Source: Promethearchaeota archaeon
Lineage (GTDB): Archaea > Asgardarchaeota > Lokiarchaeia > Sigyniarchaeales > SOKP01
Length of the DNA stretch: 64,000 nt
Assembly: GCA_029838195.1 (NCBI GenBank)
Contig: JALGVJ010000012.1
Location: forward strand, 47,732 to 111,731
Direction of reading: 5' to 3'
Position 1 is the stretch's first letter. Each line of letters opens with the position of its first letter. The notes beneath the pieces were generated by a model that worked only from the letters and a program-made list of their open reading frames with translations, did not search any database and was not told the origin of the DNA. The position numbers and the translations under genes are program-made. Positions 52,209-61,915 of the stretch are shown in pieces.

Positions 52209-53630
52209 ATGAGCGATTTAGAAGGTTTAACTAGAAATTTAATTAGAAAAGGGTATTCAGAAGAGCAGATAGTGGAGAGATTGGTTGAAGAATATCTCGA
52301 TTTCAAGGAAATCACGAAAGAGAAAGCAAAAGTATTAGCAAGAGCCGTGTTAGAAGAGTGTAAAAACAGTGATACTTCTTCAATTGGTAATCCTTTTATT
52401 AAGCGTTTGTTAACGATAAATGAAGCGAACATCACGGTAGGAAAACAAGGAGTGGGTTGTAGGGGAGCAGGGGATTTTTTTGTGCACAAGCTTATTGCAA
52501 GTCTTTCCGAAACAGAAAAAATTCCTTTCCTTTCTCCACAATCCTTAGATGATGCTGGTGCCGTCCGGTTAAAAGATATGGCAAATCTTGGAGGCATGTC
52601 AGAAGGAATGGAGGATTTATTTATTGTTTCTAAAATGGAAGGGATTCATTCTCGTTTAAGTGATTTTCCCTTTATTTGCGGCTTTCACGTAAATGCATGT
52701 AATTAATATTACATCTGCGTAGCGAGAGCTGCTTTAAGAGATCTATATGTAAAGGGTGCTCGTCCCATTTCCATCATGATAGACATTCATTTAGGAGATG
52801 ATGCTGACGTTGGAAAGTTATTTGATTTCATGGCTGGCGTGTCAACAATTTCCGAATTGACGGGCGTGCCAATTACAGCAGGATCTACCCTCAGAATAGG
52901 AGGAGACATGGTGATTGGCAATAGGATCGTGGGGGGCATCGCTGCCGTCGGGCTTGCGAAAAAAAATCTTTTAGTACGTAGAAATATTCAAGAAGGAGAT
53001 AAAATATTAATGACAGAAGGAGCTGGTGGAGGAACCATTACCACGACGGCCATATACTCTGGAAATCATGATATCGTAAAAGAAACTTTAAACTTGAAAT
53101 TTTTAGAGGCATGCGAGCTTCTCTTAAATTCCGATTACCTGGATAAAATTCATGCAATGTGTGATGTCACAAATGGTGGATTACGAGGAGATTTATATGA
53201 AATAAATCATGAAGCCGATTGTGGGGTGGTAGTTCATGAAAAACGTGTTCGAGAATTAGTAAACCCTGCAGTCTTGAGATTACTTGAAGAAGCCAGAGTT
53301 GATTATTTAGGTGTCTCTTTAGATGCTCTTTTAATTTATTGTGAAGAATCCATTGCAAGTAAAATCATTTCTGATTTAAATGCCCGAAATATAAAATGCA
53401 CAGAAATAGGACATGTGGATAACTCAAATGAGATTACCATGATATTTGAAGAAAAAGGAGAAAAAAAGGTTTTACCTCGTTTTCGAGAATCAGCTTACAC
53501 TAAAATCAAGCAAGAAATAGGAGAAGATACACCAGAAGCAATGCCCTTCATGGAACAAAAGGTAGAAAAAGCGGCTCAAGCGGCCTTAGAAAAGAGAAAA
53601 TTCATAATTGATTTCATGAAAAAGCATTAA
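52209..53630 (+). CDS. AIR synthase-related (PurM/HypE-like) protein, join(52209..52692,52723..53630), 463 aa after splicing
   Basis: GVGCRGAGDF, DDAG, EGIHSRLSDFPF, GSTLRIGGD, DVTNGGLRGD; both ORFs share a frame and the only stop lies inside a BHB-bounded 30-nt insert. Confidence 0.85.
52693..52722 (+). other. Putative bulge-helix-bulge intron in an mRNA
   Basis: 9-bp exon-exon stem, 3-nt bulge AGC, 4-bp helix ACGU/GCGU, AAA bulge/loop, 7-bp inner hairpin with TAA in its loop. Confidence 0.8.
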
Positions 53631-53654
53631 GCATAAAAAGATAATATCAAGATC

Positions 53655-54512
53655 ATGAATCGTTTCGAAAGAAGTAAAATTGCTCAAGAAACATTATCAA
53701 TTTTAAGCCAAGGATATTATCATGGAACAAGAGGTACACTAGTGGATTTTAAAAAAGAATTAACGTATTCAATAAATAATTCTATTTTATACACTCCTTT
53801 TAATATTGAAAATGTATTCATGCAAAGAGATTACATGTTTAAGACCAAAAATCCTTATCATGAGACGATTTTTGAAATTAAAAATGAATCAACGTTATAT
53901 TCAGCTAGGCGGTTGAGCAATGAAAAGAATTACAATAATGTAACATGTTTGAATTTTGCTTCTGAAATTAATCCTGGAGGCGGATTTTTAAAAGGAAGTC
54001 AAGCTCAAAAAGAGAGCCTTGCTAGAGCCACGGGTTTATATCCTTGTATAGCTCAAATGAAAGAAATGTATGACGCAAATAAAAAAAATCGCTCTCCCCT
54101 TTACTTGGATTATATGATTTATTCTCCTCAAGTTCCCGTGATTCATTTTGATGATGGAGTGTTATTAGATACACCTTATTTCGTTTCCATCATTACTGCT
54201 CCGGCGGTAAATGCAAGAGCCGTTTTCAAATATTATAAAAGTGATATAAATAAAATCCGCTCAACAATGATAAACAGAATAGAGAAAATCTTATCAATTG
54301 CTCTAATTAATGATGCTGATGCCCTCATATTAGGTGCATGGGGTTGTGGTGTGTTTGGAAATGATCCCAGGGATGTGTCTAATTATTTTAAAGATTTCTT
54401 ACTTGAAGGTCTATTTAGAAATCGGTTAAAAAAAGTGGTTTTTGCGATTTTAGATCATACATCAAATTTAAAATACTTAACACCTTTTAAAAAAGCTTTC
54501 ATGACGCAATAA
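53655..54512 (+). CDS. TIGR02452/DUF2263 microbial PARG-like macrodomain protein (variant catalytic motif)
   Basis: LNFAS, NPGGGF, AQKESL, IYSP, LGAWGCGVFGN. Confidence 0.88.
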   Translation: MNRFERSKIAQETLSILSQGYYHGTRGTLVDFKKELTYSINNSILYTPFNIENVFMQRDYMFKTKNPYHETIFEIKNESTLYSARRLSNEKNYNNVTCLNFASEINPGGGFLKGSQAQKESLARATGLYPCIAQMKEMYDANKKNRSPLYLDYMIYSPQVPVIHFDDGVLLDTPYFVSIITAPAVNARAVFKYYKSDINKIRSTMINRIEKILSIALINDADALILGAWGCGVFGNDPRDVSNYFKDFLLEGLFRNRLKKVVFAILDHTSNLKYLTPFKKAFMTQ

Positions 54513-54577
54513 AAACTAAAATTACAAGATTCTTTACTAACTGGTTTTTAAGCACGCTTGAAAAGAAAACTGCCCAA

Positions 54578-55405
54578 TCACGTATTCACATCCATGGAAC
54601 CCGAACGAAATCCTTCGATATCAATCGTTATGTAGTTAAATCCAAAATTTTTTAATTCGGTTTTAATTTGGTCAAAAGCCTGAAGATTGAGAATTTTAGC
54701 CATATCTTCCGGTAAGAGTTCTATTCTAGCTAAGTTTTGCTCATGTAACCTTACTCTTAGTTGAGACAATTTAAATTGTTTTTTTAAAAAATGTTCCGCT
54801 TGTTCGATCATTTTAATTTTCTCTATCGTTATTAGATTATTATATGGTATTCGAGATGCGTAGCACGCAATTGAAGGTTTAGCATGAGTATCTAAATTGA
54901 AATACCGACTCAATGTTCTTATTTCTCGTTTGGTTATTTGAAATTCGATATACGGTAAGGAAATATTTAATTCTTTTAATGCTGCATATCCTGGTCGATA
55001 TCCAGAAATGTCACTCATGTTAGTGCCGTCAATGATAACATCCAAGTTCTCTTTCTCTTTTATCTCAACCAATTTTTGATATAAATTTTTCTTGCACACG
55101 TAACAACGATTTTTTGGATTAAGAATGAATTTCTTATTTTCCAAGGGATTAATTTCGATTAATAAATGGGGGATATCATGGGTTTTTGATAAGTTTAAAG
55201 CATCCTCCAATTCCTCTTTCGGTTGAAGTATAGATTTATTAGTGATTAATAATGTTTTCTCCGCATGTTTTTTTGAAAGATAAGCTAATAAACTGCTATC
55301 AACGCCCCCAGAAAACGCAACCAGAACTTTTTTTCCCTTGAAAAAATTCTCAAGGGCGTGTAATTTTTCCCTCAACTCTTTAGATAGTTCCACATTTACG
55401 CTCAT
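54578..55405 (-). CDS. larE: ATP-dependent sulfur transferase LarE-like (PP-loop)
   Basis: AFSGGVDS, RCYVCK, DGTN, RPG, CYASRIPY, GFRSGSM. Confidence 0.9.
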   Translation of the reverse strand: MSVNVELSKELREKLHALENFFKGKKVLVAFSGGVDSSLLAYLSKKHAEKTLLITNKSILQPKEELEDALNLSKTHDIPHLLIEINPLENKKFILNPKNRCYVCKKNLYQKLVEIKEKENLDVIIDGTNMSDISGYRPGYAALKELNISLPYIEFQITKREIRTLSRYFNLDTHAKPSIACYASRIPYNNLITIEKIKMIEQAEHFLKKQFKLSQLRVRLHEQNLARIELLPEDMAKILNLQAFDQIKTELKNFGFNYITIDIEGFRSGSMDVNT

Positions 55406-55566
55406 GATTCATTCCAATAGTAGAAAGAAAGAAATCTTTTAAATTTTAATATTTTAAAAGGCAAATCGGTTATTTTTAAGCTCGTTCCTATAAATTAATT
55501 CATAGTCTCTTTCCGCGGAAAAAAAAAGAGAATTAAATCGTGCGTCCGTGCTCTTTCCTTGTTATT

Positions 55567-56457
55567 CTAAATGCTTGCGAAAATAAACGCTATTAAACCC
55601 AAAAAACCTCCAGCTTTTAATATCAAGCTCACTTTTTTGAAATCTTCCTTGGATAACTCCTTCCTTGCCATTAAAATGATAGCTAATCCCACATCTATTA
55701 ACCCAAAAATCATGGTTATGAGAAATAAAAGTGGGTTAATAATGTTGGTAAAAATGGGCAATATAAAGAATAAAATGGCACATGCCGCAAAAATAAGGGA
55801 AAAATATTTAGCCTTTTTAATTCCAACCCGTATTGCTAAGGTCTTTACATTTTCCTTTTTATCTCCTTCGATATCTTCACAGCCCTTAATGATTTCCCGC
55901 GATAATAACAAGAAAAAAGAGGTTAAAAAGAAGAAATAAATGTAAGCTGGAATATTAGAGCTGTTTAATAATGCTCCATAAATCAGCCCGATGGAAAATG
56001 AAATACTCACGATAATATTCCCGGGAAATCCACTTTTCTTTCCCCAAGCAGCATATAGCCATCCAATGAACGCAAAAAAAAGGGCAAAAAGGATGTTCAA
56101 GACGCCGAGATTTAAAATCATGCTGTTTATTATGGCACAGCCCATACCAATGGCTATCGTTATAACCCACAATAATTTGGCCTGCTTTAATGTTATTCTT
56201 CCACTAGGAATAGGACGATCAGGTCTATTGATTTTATCAATTTCTACATCATAAATATCGTTAATGATCATCCCAGAAGCAGCAATAAAGAAGTAGGTGA
56301 TTATTCCAAGAATTAAATTAATGACTACATTTATAATACTAATACCGGTGCGTGTATTTAAAATTCCAATGATAACCGTTAAACTTCCCATTATATCATT
56401 AACAGGGCGCATGATTTCGAATGTATCTTTTAATTTCATTAAACTTCCTCCCCGCAT
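55567..56457 (-). CDS. Digeranylgeranylglyceryl phosphate synthase (UbiA family)
   Basis: RPVN, NDIYDVEIDKINRPDRPIPSG, REIIKGCEDIEGD; next to GGGP synthase. Confidence 0.88.
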   Translation of the reverse strand: MRGGSLMKLKDTFEIMRPVNDIMGSLTVIIGILNTRTGISIINVVINLILGIITYFFIAASGMIINDIYDVEIDKINRPDRPIPSGRITLKQAKLLWVITIAIGMGCAIINSMILNLGVLNILFALFFAFIGWLYAAWGKKSGFPGNIIVSISFSIGLIYGALLNSSNIPAYIYFFFLTSFFLLLSREIIKGCEDIEGDKKENVKTLAIRVGIKKAKYFSLIFAACAILFFILPIFTNIINPLLFLITMIFGLIDVGLAIILMARKELSKEDFKKVSLILKAGGFLGLIAFIFASI

Positions 56458-56463
56458 ACCATT

Positions 56464-57297
56464 TTATTTCACAATAAACCCATGTCTTTGACGATTTTCA
56501 GTGCCAGCCTCCTTGATCTCGTCTATTATGGATTTTAAAGAAGACCCATTATCTTTTAAGATATTGTTTTCTAAAAAACTCCCCATGACAATGATACTAG
56601 CTCCAGCCTCCACGAATTTCCGAGCATCTTCTTTATTATCTACACCCCCTCCGACAATGATGGGAATGCTCAATACTTTAGAACATAAACTAATGTGTTC
56701 AATGGGTATTTTATCACTTCCAGATCCCGCTTCTAAATAAATTAATTTCATGCCGAACATTTCTGCGGCCAAAGAATAAGCTGCGGTTAATTTTGGCTTG
56801 TTTCGGGGAATTAATCGGGCTCTGCCAATATAGCCCGCCGTGCCTCCCGGTTCAATTATGATATAGCCCATAGAGATGTGTTCTAAATTTGCCATTTTAA
56901 TAGTATAAGACGCCACAGCCTGTTGCCCAATAATGAAGTAGGGGTCTTGCGAATTCAATAGAGACATAAAGAGAATGGCATCCGCTTCCTTCGAAATATT
57001 GGAAATTCCTCCCGGAAATATGATGATCGGAATCTCAACATTTTTCTTAATAATAGAGATGGTTTTATCCACAAAATTTTGGTCGCAAATCGTACTTCCC
57101 CCAATTAAAATTACATCTGATCCCGCTTCTTGAGCATATCGAGCCATTTTTGCCGCTTTTTTAGGTGTTTGACGGATGGGATCAGGATCAATTAAGGAAA
57201 AATGAAGGGCACCCTCATTATTTATCTTTTTAATGATATATTCATACACGCTATTTTCTAAATAGTCGTTTATAATTACATCAACCATATATTTCAC
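56464..57297 (-). CDS. Geranylgeranylglyceryl phosphate synthase (group II)
   Basis: LIDPD, IGGST, IFPG, FMSLLNS, YLEAGSG, VGGG. Confidence 0.92.
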   Translation of the reverse strand: MKYMVDVIINDYLENSVYEYIIKKINNEGALHFSLIDPDPIRQTPKKAAKMARYAQEAGSDVILIGGSTICDQNFVDKTISIIKKNVEIPIIIFPGGISNISKEADAILFMSLLNSQDPYFIIGQQAVASYTIKMANLEHISMGYIIIEPGGTAGYIGRARLIPRNKPKLTAAYSLAAEMFGMKLIYLEAGSGSDKIPIEHISLCSKVLSIPIIVGGGVDNKEDARKFVEAGASIIVMGSFLENNILKDNGSSLKSIIDEIKEAGTENRQRHGFIVK

Positions 57298-58699
57298 TTC
57301 TTAATAAAATATCTTTATTTCTTGATCTTATTATAATTTTAATTAAATTATCATAAATTTGAATGGTTTTTTCCCTCCACCGGGTAAATTCCTCAAAATT
57401 AAAACCCTCTGGAAAATGCTTGTAATGCTTAGTTATTTCTTGCATGCGCAGCCTTAAATAATTTAAATCCAATAACAAGTTAGGACGGGCCAGGCCTTTA
57501 AACGCCTTAACGGCGAAATCCATGATAGATAAATTAAGCCCTCCCGTGGAACTTATTTCTAATATTTCTTCTCCTGTTAAAAGATTTCGTTCTAATCCAA
57601 AATTTATATCATCATTAGTCAAAGCCTGTAAGACCATTCTCAATAAATCTAAAGGAGCAAATTCTGCCCCTAAAGTCGTCATTATATTATGATTATACTT
57701 CCACAATCCCTTTTTGGAAAAATCTTCTCTCTCGAATGCTTGAATTGCAGTTTGTGCGGCCATAAAACCCGCTCTCATGGAAGGATCTATACCACCGCCA
57801 TGAAGAGGATTAACTTGACAGGCCGCATCTCCCACAAACATGATAGAATCCTCCACGCAAGACCATAAAGGCCTTCTCACGGGCACCACTCCTCCGCCAG
57901 AGGAGAGAATTTCCACCTCTGAAGTATTTATGAATTGATTGAAAACGTGCTGTTTATAATTATTTTTAAGGATGTTCTTATGTTTTAAAAAAGTACCAAG
58001 CCCCAAATTTACTGAAGACTCATTCTTGGGAAAATACCAAATATATCCTCCGGGTGCTTTTTCTTGATCTAAAATTATTGAAATATATTCCGGATCCCTT
58101 ACTTCTTGATCTTTGAATGGAAAAGAAATGATCTCTCTATAACATAAGATGGTATCTTCTTTTAAAATGTCATTTTCTATAAGAGGACTCCGGATTTTCT
58201 TTCGAATGGGAGAATAAAATCCGCTCGCATCAATGATGACTTTTGCCCTTAACTCTTGCCTCTCACCATTCTTTGTCTTTACCTTCACGCCCGCTACTTT
58301 CTTATCTTTGTAAATTAAATCTAATGCCATTGTCTCATCTAAAAAACTCTTTACTCCAGCATCTAGAGCTTCATTTAGCAATCGCTGGCCGAATTCTAAA
58401 CGGTTAATAATGTATCCTGCTTGTTTCGGATCAACTAACGTCAAGCAAGAGTTCATGCTTGGAGGATAAAGCTTGGCTCCTTTAATATGGCAAGATAATT
58501 CTTCATTTTTTGGATGCGGGATGTTTAGATAATCAAAAATTTCATTACCTACGGCATCTCCGCAAATTTTATTTCCTACAGACTCTTTCGGCTTTCTATC
58601 AATTAAACAAACATCTAATCCACTTTTGGCAGCAAATCGAGCTGCAATTGACCCGCCCGTTCCAGCACCAATGATTAGAACGTCGTGAGAACCCATCAT
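57281..58699 (-). CDS. Geranylgeranyl reductase family protein
   Basis: GAGTGG, KICG, PGGYIWYFPK, VGDAA..VNPLHGGGI. Confidence 0.9.
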   Translation of the reverse strand: MMGSHDVLIIGAGTGGSIAARFAAKSGLDVCLIDRKPKESVGNKICGDAVGNEIFDYLNIPHPKNEELSCHIKGAKLYPPSMNSCLTLVDPKQAGYIINRLEFGQRLLNEALDAGVKSFLDETMALDLIYKDKKVAGVKVKTKNGERQELRAKVIIDASGFYSPIRKKIRSPLIENDILKEDTILCYREIISFPFKDQEVRDPEYISIILDQEKAPGGYIWYFPKNESSVNLGLGTFLKHKNILKNNYKQHVFNQFINTSEVEILSSGGGVVPVRRPLWSCVEDSIMFVGDAACQVNPLHGGGIDPSMRAGFMAAQTAIQAFEREDFSKKGLWKYNHNIMTTLGAEFAPLDLLRMVLQALTNDDINFGLERNLLTGEEILEISSTGGLNLSIMDFAVKAFKGLARPNLLLDLNYLRLRMQEITKHYKHFPEGFNFEEFTRWREKTIQIYDNLIKIIIRSRNKDILLRSEIYG

Positions 58700-58776
58700 T
58701 TTTTATTTTTTATTTTTTATTTCACGGATGGTTTTTCTTGGATTAGATTAAAATGCTTGTTTATTTTTACCTCATT

Positions 58777-59541
58777 TTAAATAAAGGGAAGGGAAAAAAG
58801 AAAGATGATCAACGTGGAAATTAAAGGAACGCTCAAATCATCATAAGTGCTCGGAGATAATTGTTCGATAATTGTAGCAGAAACCGACGTAATTATCGAA
58901 AAAATTAAAATATTCCCCCATGTCAATTGAGCTTGATTGTTTGGAATAAGTAATCCAAAAAAATATAATGAAAATAGACAAATTGCAAATGAAGTAATGA
59001 GAAACGCCAAGGAGCCTTCTAATGAACGCGTGGTACCCGTCCAAGATAACGTGATGGTCCTTTTCCCAAATCGCTTGCCTATTACGGATGCTATAGTGTC
59101 TGATACGATCATGATTAAAATTCCTGCTATGGGAAAATAAAATTTATCAGGAGCCATTAATGCAAAAATGAACACTAATAACGTGATAGAAAGACAATAG
59201 AAAAAAGGTCCTTGAAGATAGCCTACTCTCTCTTCAGCCTCTTCTCCAATCGCCTCATAAAGCTCTTTTAATTGCTTGACTTTTGACTCTTTAGAGCTAA
59301 AATAGACTAAAACAGTTAAAGAGCCGGCGATTATTGTTGGAAAAAATGGCCAGACATAGAAGGGCGAAGAGAGGATCGCCAGCCCCGCAAACATGTGTAC
59401 GGCTTTTCTGGCGGTAAATTTCGAGATTATATCTTTTTTTTTCAAGATGAGGGGGATGAAAATCGTTAAGAGGACGTATACATAGGCAACCAACATGACT
59501 ATGAGATCGTTTACTAAATTATCAATGGTATATGCTGACAT
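58777..59541 (-). CDS. CTP-dependent prenol kinase (phytol/dolichol kinase family)
   Basis: RKAVH, GPFFY, DTIASVIG, RSLEGS, YDDLSVP; multi-TM. Confidence 0.85.
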   Translation of the reverse strand: MSAYTIDNLVNDLIVMLVAYVYVLLTIFIPLILKKKDIISKFTARKAVHMFAGLAILSSPFYVWPFFPTIIAGSLTVLVYFSSKESKVKQLKELYEAIGEEAEERVGYLQGPFFYCLSITLLVFIFALMAPDKFYFPIAGILIMIVSDTIASVIGKRFGKRTITLSWTGTTRSLEGSLAFLITSFAICLFSLYFFGLLIPNNQAQLTWGNILIFSIITSVSATIIEQLSPSTYDDLSVPLISTLIIFLFSLPFI

Positions 59542-60060
59542 CTTAAAAGCGATATTAATTTAATCAGTAATTAAAAGCTAAAAATTTATTTTTGGTTTTA
59601 AAAGTTGCAGACACTTTAACAATTTGAACCATTCAGATTCGGAAAAATGGGAAAAGATTTTAATAATTAACAGAAATGAAAGAGAGGTTAAGCTTGAAAA
59701 AGATTTATTTTAATTCATTTTTGTAGCATGTTAACTTTTTAAACATGAGAAACAATGAAATCAGTAAAAATCATTAAGTTTTCTGGTGTTTTGAGGAAGA
59801 AATAAAATTCTTGAAAAGAAAAGCAAGAAAACTATAAATTTGTATAAAAATAAAGAATAATTACGATTGATTCTTTTTTGTTAGAAACTTTTAAGAAAAA
59901 AGAAAAATAAAAAATATTAATTAAGAGTTTTGTCGGCATAAGATGCTAAAAACTTAAAAAGCAAGCTAAATTGTAAACTTAGAAATACCCTCATTTATAT
60001 TGAAAATTTATAAATATGTTAAATGATATTAATAACACACCACTTTATTAGGAAAAAAAT

Positions 60061-60210
60061 GTGAAGAAAATGTTACCTGAACATATGCCTGTATTAGAAG
60101 GAAAGGATGCAAAAAGGTTTATGAAACAAGATAAGAAACCTTTAAGCAGTAAGCAAAAGGAATATTTAAAGAATTGTCTAGAAATATATGAAAAAAATCC
60201 TATAAAGTAG
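60061..60210 (+). CDS. Small putative antitoxin (49 aa, not in ORF track)
   Basis: MKKMLPEHMPVLEGKDAKRFMKQDKKPLSSKQKEYLKNCLEIYEKNPIK; directly upstream of a GNAT toxin-like gene. Confidence 0.6.
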   Translation: MKKMLPEHMPVLEGKDAKRFMKQDKKPLSSKQKEYLKNCLEIYEKNPIK

Positions 60211-60749
60211 ATTCTTATTAACTTCGATAACATTAAAATCGAAAAACTTGATACTCATCACGATTTATCTAAATTCGATTACAGTATTGATGATGATTTA
60301 GATTGTGATGGATTTATTCATAAGGAAGCTTTATTATTCCAAAAAGAAAGACAAGGAATAACATATTTGTTTTTCTATGATGCTAATATATTAGGTTATG
60401 TTACTTTAGCAATGTCGAGTTTATCGTAGCAATGTCGAGTTTATCGGCTAAATATTTAACAGCCAAGCATAAGAAGACTGTTCATTTAATTACTTATCCA
60501 AGTTTGCTTATTGGAAGACTTGCTGTAAATAATGAATACCGTAGAAAAGGAATTGGAAAATATATTAGCGATTGGTGTTTAGGCTTAGCAATGAAACTCT
60601 CTAATAAAGTAGGTTGTAGATATATAATTTTAGAAACAACAGAGAAAATAGTTAAATTCTATAAGAAATGTAATTTTGAAAAAGGAAAAGTACTAGAAGA
60701 AGAACAAAGGAAACTAATTTGGATGTATCAAAGAATATCACTTGAATAA
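60211..60749 (+). pseudogene. GNAT acetyltransferase toxin-like gene frameshifted by a 20-bp tandem duplication
   Basis: HDLSKFD, ILGYVTL, YPSLLIGRLAV, RRKGIG, VGCRYIILE, FYKK; duplication at 60407-60446. Confidence 0.8.
60407..60446 (+). repeat. Perfect 20-bp tandem duplication TAGCAATGTCGAGTTTATCG x2
   Basis: 60407-60426 equals 60427-60446; creates in-frame TAG at 60427. Confidence 0.95.
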
Positions 60750-60832
60750 AACTTTTATATAAACGATTATCTATTTAAATAGAAAGCATTAAAAAAATGT
60801 CCGATATTAATTAATCTTTTTATAACACGCTC

Positions 60833-61477
60833 ATGTCGGCTCTAAATTCCAAGGATAGCGAGAAAATGGAGAAAAGAAGGAGACTTAGAACATTCTTTCT
60901 GAATTTAGGGAATAGAATTGAAGATTTCTTAAAAGCTGGGATGCGATACATCGAAATGCGGCTTCCAATGGAGAACATTACTGAAGAATTTATTTATACT
61001 ATTGAGAGGAAATCTAAAAAAATTAGCGAGAAGCTGGAAATAAGAACTGCCACGGAAAAAGATATTTCCAGCATTAAAGAGATTTATAATGCCGCTTGGG
61101 AACATTCTCCCATGCCCTTTAGGCCCATTACGGAGGAAAAGCTCTTGACAATATATAATGACAAATCCTCGGTATTTTTCATTGGTAGAATGGATGGTAC
61201 TGATGTGGGGTTCATGCTCATCGATTTTGAAGAGGAAAATGAGAAGAAATTAGGCATCATTGCGGGGCTTGGAATTCTACCAGAATTTCAAAAGCTGGGA
61301 ATAGGGACTGCTTTAGGACTCCATAGTTATTATTATTTTAAAGAAAAAGGAGTAGAAGAATTGAGATGTGAGGTACACGTGGATAATGAAATATCCTATA
61401 GATTCATCAAGAATTTAGGATTTGAAGAATTTAATGAGAAATTTTATCGACAAAGCGATTTTCTATTAAAATGGTAA
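60833..61477 (+). CDS. GNAT N-acetyltransferase
   Basis: LGILPEFQKLGIG, CEVHVDN, FIKNLGF. Confidence 0.88.
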   Translation: MSALNSKDSEKMEKRRRLRTFFLNLGNRIEDFLKAGMRYIEMRLPMENITEEFIYTIERKSKKISEKLEIRTATEKDISSIKEIYNAAWEHSPMPFRPITEEKLLTIYNDKSSVFFIGRMDGTDVGFMLIDFEEENEKKLGIIAGLGILPEFQKLGIGTALGLHSYYYFKEKGVEELRCEVHVDNEISYRFIKNLGFEEFNEKFYRQSDFLLKW

Positions 61478-61915
61478 AAAAAAGAGTGATTCTCAAGATT
61501 TTATCTTTTTATTTTTCCGAAACTATGTCAAAAAGCGAGCTGACGATAAAGGATTTTTAAATTTAGGCTAACTTTTTTAATGAATTTCATTTTTAATCAT
61601 TTTTCATATTCGGATGGTGTGGATTAAAATTATTCGAATTTAAAGGATTTCGTAAGTATGATTGGTTAAGAGAAATACTCCATAATTTAAGATTAAATTT
61701 TAAAATTTAACTCCAGAGCTAAATAACTATTCTAACCCAAAATTATTAAAATTATAAAAAATTATAAATAATAATATCCTAATATTACATTTTTATTAAA
61801 CGTTCTAGTTAAATTTGGTATCTATTTTATTAAATTTAACAAATATTTTTTTAAAGTTTAAAAGAATATTTAAATTTAAATACAATTTAATATTTTATTT
61901 TGAAAGATTTTACTA

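Noticed and set aside
52776-53630. Independent gene starting at ATG 52776
   Set aside because: It starts mid-domain with no SD, and conserved-looking coding sequence (RAALRDLYVKGARP) continues upstream in frame
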